From Octopus bimaculoides (taxonomy: Eukaryota): a stretch of 39,194 nucleotides of DNA. The stretch covers positions 59,330,297-59,369,490 of the forward strand of contig NC_068992.1 of assembly GCF_001194135.2 (NCBI RefSeq), given 5' to 3'. Both the position numbers and the translations under genes were made by a program. The notes beneath the pieces were generated by a model. That model was not told the DNA's origin. It ran no database searches and was given only the letters and a program-made list of their open reading frames with translations. Shown here in pieces: positions 33,570-39,194 of the stretch. Position 1 is the first letter of the stretch. Each line of letters opens with the position of its first letter.

Positions 33570-35514
33570 CTGTAAAAAAAGTTATGAAGAGAAAAATAAC
33601 CTGGCTCAACCTAGATGTGTCTACAAACTTAGCTAGGAACTTCCTAGTTCTAACCAGGCAATCAAAAGGTCTTTAATGTACATGATGTTAAAATGAGTTA
33701 TGCTCACCAAGAAAATATTGTCTCCAATAGCATGACATATAACAGAAAAACTACACTCACACACCAATACAACCATCACTCCAAATATATTCAATTGCTA
33801 AAATCAAATTACTAGCCCATTCAGATGCTTCTGCCTCTCCGCAGCAGCAGCCAATAGGGTTAATCACTTCACCTAATGACATCCTAAGGTACTGTATGAG
33901 ATTTACATGGAATTAATCCATCACTAGTAGTTAAGATGATGGTTAAGAGAAGATGAGAGAAAAGTATGGTAAGAGAAAGGAAGAATGAGATGGAGCATTA
34001 AGGGAAGCAGCAGTGTTGAGGAGTGGTAAGAGACAGAGTGGATGAGAGTTACCGTGAGAGAGAGAGAGAGGTGGTGAAAGAGAGGTGGAGAAAGAGAGAA
34101 ATGGTAAAAGAGAAAGGCAGAAAGAGAGAGAGAGGACAGCAAAACATTTTTTAGAACACTTTTACTATTTCCTGCTTGTATATGTGTGTATGTGCATATG
34201 TGTATGTGTATATGTGTATGTGCATATGTGTATGTGTATATGTGTATGCATGTGTATGAGAGTGCATATAATGTATGCCTGAATGTGTACAAGCCTGTAT
34301 GTGTGTATGTGCATACGTGTATAGACATGTGTGTGTATGTGCATGTGTTGGAGAAGGTTATCCACACAAGTGGTTAGAATCAGAGACATAGACAAGACAA
34401 AAATATGTGTGTTTTTATGTATGTGTATGTTTCTGTAAGTTTGTGTGTTTGTATGTGTGTATATGTATGTTTGTGTCTGTGTACATGCGTGTGAGTCTGT
34501 GTGTGCATGTGTTATGTGTATGTGGATGTATGTGNNNNNNNNNNNNNNNNNNNNNNNNNNNNNNNNNNNNNNNNNNNNNNNNNNNNNNNNNNNNNNNNNN
34601 NNNNNNNNNNNNNNNNNNNNNNNNNNNNNNNNNNNNNNNNNNNNNNNNNNNNNNNNNNNNNNNNNNNNNNNNNNNNNNNNNNNNNNNNNNNNNNNNNNNN
34701 NNNNNNNNNNNNNNNNNNNNNNNNNNNNNNNNNNNNNNNNNNNNNNNNNNNNNNNNNNNNNNNNNNNNNNNNNNNNNNNNNNNNNNNNNNNNNNNNNNNN
34801 NNNNNNNNNNNNNNNNNNNNNNNNNNNNNNNNNNNNNNNNNNNNNNNNNNNNNNNNNNNNNNNNNNNNNNNNNNNNNNNNNNNNNNNNNNNNNNNNNNNN
34901 NNNNNNNNNNNNNNNNNNNNNNNNNNNNNNNNNNNNNNNNNNNNNNNNNNNNNNNNNNNNNNNNNNNNNNNNNNNNNNNNNNNNNNNNNNNNNNNNNNNN
35001 NNNNNNNNNNNNNNNNNNNNNNNNNNNNNNNNNNNNNNNNNNNNNNNNNNNNNNNNNNNNNNNNNNNNNNNNNNNNNNNNNNNNNNNNNNNNNNNNNNNN
35101 NNNNNNNNNNNNNNNNNNNNNNNNNNNNNNNNNNNNNNNNNNNNNNNNNNNNNNNNNNNNNNNNNNNNNNNNNNNNATCATCACTACCATCGACATCATC
35201 TTCATTGTCATTTGCATCGAAACAAAACCTTTTAAAAATCCCCAAACAATATCAAAAAAAAAAAAAATAAACAAAAATGAAAAAAAAAAAAAGGACAAAA
35301 GAAAATGAAAATAAAAAAATCAAAATCCTGATATTGGCTATAATAATGGACTGAGGTGGATGTAGTGTGCATGATGGGAAGGAAGGTTCGGTGGCAGACA
35401 ATGGAGAAATTGGCTTTTAAAGAAAAATCATGGCGCCAAGATGAGGCAGTACCACCAACTTCCATGTCCTTTGATGGACATATTGTTCACACACTCATGT
35501 GTGTGTGTGTGTGC

Positions 35515-35547
<33 letters not shown>

Positions 35548-35908
35548 TGTATGCCTCTTCTGTTTTAAAGTGTTTAGACTCTTCCTCTGTAGAAGGAGCT
35601 GGTTTCTAACAAAGATACAATGGTCCATCTTTGGAATGGAGATAACGAAAACAGTGTCACATTTTAAACATGAGAAAAGTCTTGCACACTTTTACTGTTC
35701 CACTTACAAATTGTATTTCTAATGTGCAAATTAGTTGGTTCATTTCTTTTTCTGAAAATCCAAGCTTGTCCAGACTGAGAGTTGAACATTTACTTACAAA
35801 ACCAAGTGATCCAACTATTACTGGTCTCTATCTAAATTTGTAGAATGTATGTATGTATGTATTAATGTATGCATGTATGTATGNNNNNNNNNNTGTGTGT
35901 GTGTGTGT

Positions 35909-35951
<43 letters not shown>

Positions 35952-35974
35952 GATATATTCTTTTGTTCTTTTCT

Positions 35975-36185
35975 CTTTAACTTGTTTCAGTCAATTAACT
36001 GTGGCCATGCTGGAGCACGGCCTTAAAAGGTTTCAGTCAAAGAAATTGACCGCCAGGATTAATCTTTGTGTGCCTAGTAATTGTTCTATCAGTGTCTTTT
36101 GCCGAACTACTAAGTTATGGGGAGGGTCATAAACACACCAGCATCAGTTGTCAAGTGATGGTGGCGGGACAAACACAGACACACA
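35975..36185 (-). mobile_element. SINE family A 3' module
   Basis: cttgtttcagtcaattaactgtggccatgctggagcac...gggacaaacacagac. Confidence 0.75.
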
Positions 36186-36199
36186 CACATATATACATA

Positions 36200-36279
36200 T
36201 CGATTCGGTGGGTGGTGGCACATGTAATCGACTAGTACCCTCCCCTAGAATTTCAGGCCTTGCGCATTTAGTAGACAGG

Positions 36280-36365
<86 letters not shown>

Positions 36366-36480
36366 AGTGGCAAACTAGCAGAATCATTAGCATGCTGGGT
36401 GAAATGCTTAGTGACATTTCATCCATCCTTATATTAGGAGTTCAAATTCTGCTGAGGTCAACTTTGCCGTTCCTCCTAAT
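36200..36480 (+). mobile_element. SINE D tail, (ATT)n, then the next SINE D head
   Basis: gtaatcgactagtaccctcccctagaatttcaggccttg...(att)n aaagtggcaaactagcagaatcattagc. Confidence 0.75.
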
Positions 36481-37095
36481 ACATACATATTTATATGTAT
36501 GTATATGTATGTATTTCAATCACATTTAAAATATATGAATATATTTGGTATTACAGTTTATCTTTAATAAATTCAGTCTGAAATACATTTCAAATTATTA
36601 GAAATTAAAACAAAATAATACTTCAATATACAAACAAAATATATATTTATGCACTTCAAATACAAGCGAAAAAAGAAAGTACTGAGGTTGTAAATCCTCC
36701 AATCCAATTCAGTTTGATATTATACGAAAATGTTTTTAATCTTAAAAAACTGTAGACTCAGAAGCTCTGATGTTCGAAGTGTATTTTTACATGCAACATA
36801 AAAGTGTTAGGAGATGAAATGGAAAACATTATATCAAAAAGTTACAGTATGTTCAAACACATGATTGTATAACTTATTTCCATTGCATTTATTATGTTTG
36901 TCAGTATTTATGTATGTGTGTAAATATATATATATATATATATATACGTGTACACACGCACGTGCACACACACACACACAGATATATATATCTGTGCCAC
37001 ACAGTGGGTTTGAACCCAGAACCATATGGTTGAGAAGCGAACTTCTTACCACATATCCTTGCTTGTGCCTGTAAATTTGCACATTTTAGTATTAA

Positions 37096-37125
37096 CTAGT
37101 ACATACCCAGCGTTGCTCGGGTATG
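37096..37125 (-). mobile_element. Helitron-like 3' terminus (hairpin plus CTAG|T)
   Basis: Minus strand reads cataccc-g-agc-aac-gct-gggtatg-ta-CTAG|t. A GC-rich hairpin just upstream of CTRR followed by T is the established Helitron 3' signature. 5' end not located. Confidence 0.55.
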
Positions 37126-37451
37126 TTTATGTGTAGGAATTGGATATCTATACATTTCAGAGATCATCTACCTATATTTGTAGTCAGATCTTGTTGTATA
37201 GAGAGCATCATACCACAGCATTTTCCTATGTCTACATCATTTTAGCCAATCTAAGACCATTTTGATATAGGCTACACCCTTCTTGAAATTGGATCTTTCT
37301 AATGCAGCAATGTAATGCTGGGCTGCATTTTCTAAATATTGTATCTTCAATGAGTAAGTTGGAAACATGTATACTAGTTGCTTAAATATTGATATGCATA
37401 TATATATATATATATATATTTATCAATCTAAATAGGTATGTTTGTATATGC

Positions 37452-37506
<55 letters not shown>

Positions 37507-37715
37507 NNNNNNNNNNNNNNNNNNNNNNNNNNNNNNNNNNNNNNNNNNNNNNNNNNNNNNNNNNNNNNNNNNNNNNNNNNNNNNNNNNNNNNNNNNNNNN
37601 NNNNNNNNNNNNNNNNNNNNNNNNNNNNNNNNNNNNNNNNNNNNNNNNNNNNNNNNNNNNNNNNNNNNNNNNNNNNNNNNNNNNNNNNNNNNNNNNNNNN
37701 NNNNNNNNNNNNNNN

Positions 37716-38085
37716 GTGAAATCTTGATGGCACCTGTGCCCAGCGTTGCCTTCCTGGCACTTGTGCCGGTGGCACGTGTAAAGATATTCGAGTGAGATCA
37801 TTGCCAGTGCTGCTGGACTGGCTACTGTGCAGGTGAATTGTAGAATACACCATTTTGAGCGTGGCCGTTGCCAGTACCGTCTGACTGACCTTCGTGCCGG
37901 TGGCACGTAAAAGCACCCACTACACTCTCGGAGTGGTTGGCGTTAGGAAGGGCATCCAGCTGTAGAAACTCTGCCAAATCAGATTGGAGCCTGGTGTAGC
38001 CATCTGGTTTCACCAGTCCTTAGCCAAATCGTCCAACCCATGCTAGCATGGAAAGCGGACGTTAAACGATGATGATGATGATGTA
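37716..38085 (+). mobile_element. RTE-type tail element with about three ~65-bp subrepeats
   Basis: Units begin gtgccggtggcacgt; same tail as 1364-1661. Confidence 0.85.
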
Positions 38086-38338
38086 TGTATGCAAGCAAAA
38101 GATAGATACACATGGAAACACAAATAGAGAGATAAATACAAAAACAGAGATTGACACACAGACAGAAGCAGACTGATAGAGACAAACAAATAGGTTGATA
38201 GATAGATAAATAAATAAATACATATGCATTTCAGATAACGCTCCAAATGTTGCAAAAAGAAATTAAATTTCTCTCTATTTATACAAATGAACATATATTT
38301 ATACATATACATACATATGGAAGGCAGACATGAAACGA

Positions 38339-38407
<69 letters not shown>

Positions 38408-38576
38408 CATGTTTGTATATACACACATACACTTGTGTGTATATGAAATACAAACAGATACAAGTACAAAAGTAATATTCTAACATAGCCTTAGTTGTGA
38501 TGGCTAAGACAAACTAAAGTACACAAAAATCAAATATACATACACACATATATATATTTATGCATACATATACAAG

Positions 38577-38614
<38 letters not shown>

Positions 38615-38792
38615 CAAACACACATACACGTACACGTGGACACACACATATGCATAAATGTGCATTGTTTAGACATACATAAGTATGTATGTGCATACAT
38701 ACATACACACACACACATATACACACAAATCACTTGAAAAACTCAACAGCTTCCTGTTTAAACATAACATTTATTACCGAACGGCTGTCTCT

Positions 38793-38838
<46 letters not shown>

Positions 38839-39093
38839 CAAGCACCCATCAGAGACCCCACCACCACTACCGCCACAAACTGAAGTCAAGAAGGGTATAA
38901 GATAACACAGTATAACTGTGGTTGCAGTAGTAGGAGGGATAGGGAGGAGGAAGGGGAGTTGATTTATGTATCATATCTTCATGTATATACACATACATAT
39001 ATTTATATACACACATATGTGTGTGTGTATATATAATATATATACATGCATATATATGCATATATATGTATATATTCAAACACGCACATCCAT

Positions 39094-39130
<37 letters not shown>

Positions 39131-39137
39131 CACACAC

Positions 39138-39194
<57 letters not shown>

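Larger units (their letters stand above)
3385..37715. other. Assembly gaps (13), mostly flanked by microsatellites
   Basis: N runs at about 3385-3654, 8495-8504, 10154-10163, 14257-14586, 15793-15802, 18902-19001, 19699-20134, 22551-22696, 26774-27544, 32508-32810, 34535-35176, 35884-35893 and 37507-37715. Confidence 0.95.

Noticed and set aside
35178-35230. Acidic peptide FCFDANDNEDDVDGSDD after a long poly-T tract (- strand)
   Set aside because: AAG acceptor, runs into a gap, and resembles decayed (GAT)n repeats common here.

Overview
AT-rich, repeat-dense animal genomic DNA with 13 N-gaps. The repeat types (tRNA-derived SINEs with microsatellite tails, RTE-type tails ending in (GAT)n, very long (TA)n/(CA)n runs) look like a coleoid cephalopod (Octopus-like) draft scaffold; this is inferred from recognition, not from a search. 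No complete host gene is visible, and almost all ORFs in the supplied track are microsatellite or N-gap artefacts. Supported content: a decayed RTE LINE (1817-2858, -); a probable L1/Tx1-like 3' end (9370-9910); a Tc1/mariner (maT/DD37D-like) transposase open for 220 codons up to a gap (18242-18901); a near full-length dead mariner (23357-24849) split at its WVPH motif by a SINE with a target-site duplication; two MITE-like elements; a Helitron-like 3' terminus; a Penelope-like fragment with a degenerate hammerhead; and many copies of four SINE families. A few small minus-strand exon candidates (best 8552-8610) suggest the window may be intronic. Several hairpins and inverted-repeat pairs are candidate miRNA or ADAR substrates. 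I found no convincing novel multi-gene system; the most interesting items are RNA-structure, nested-TE and cryptic-exon observations.
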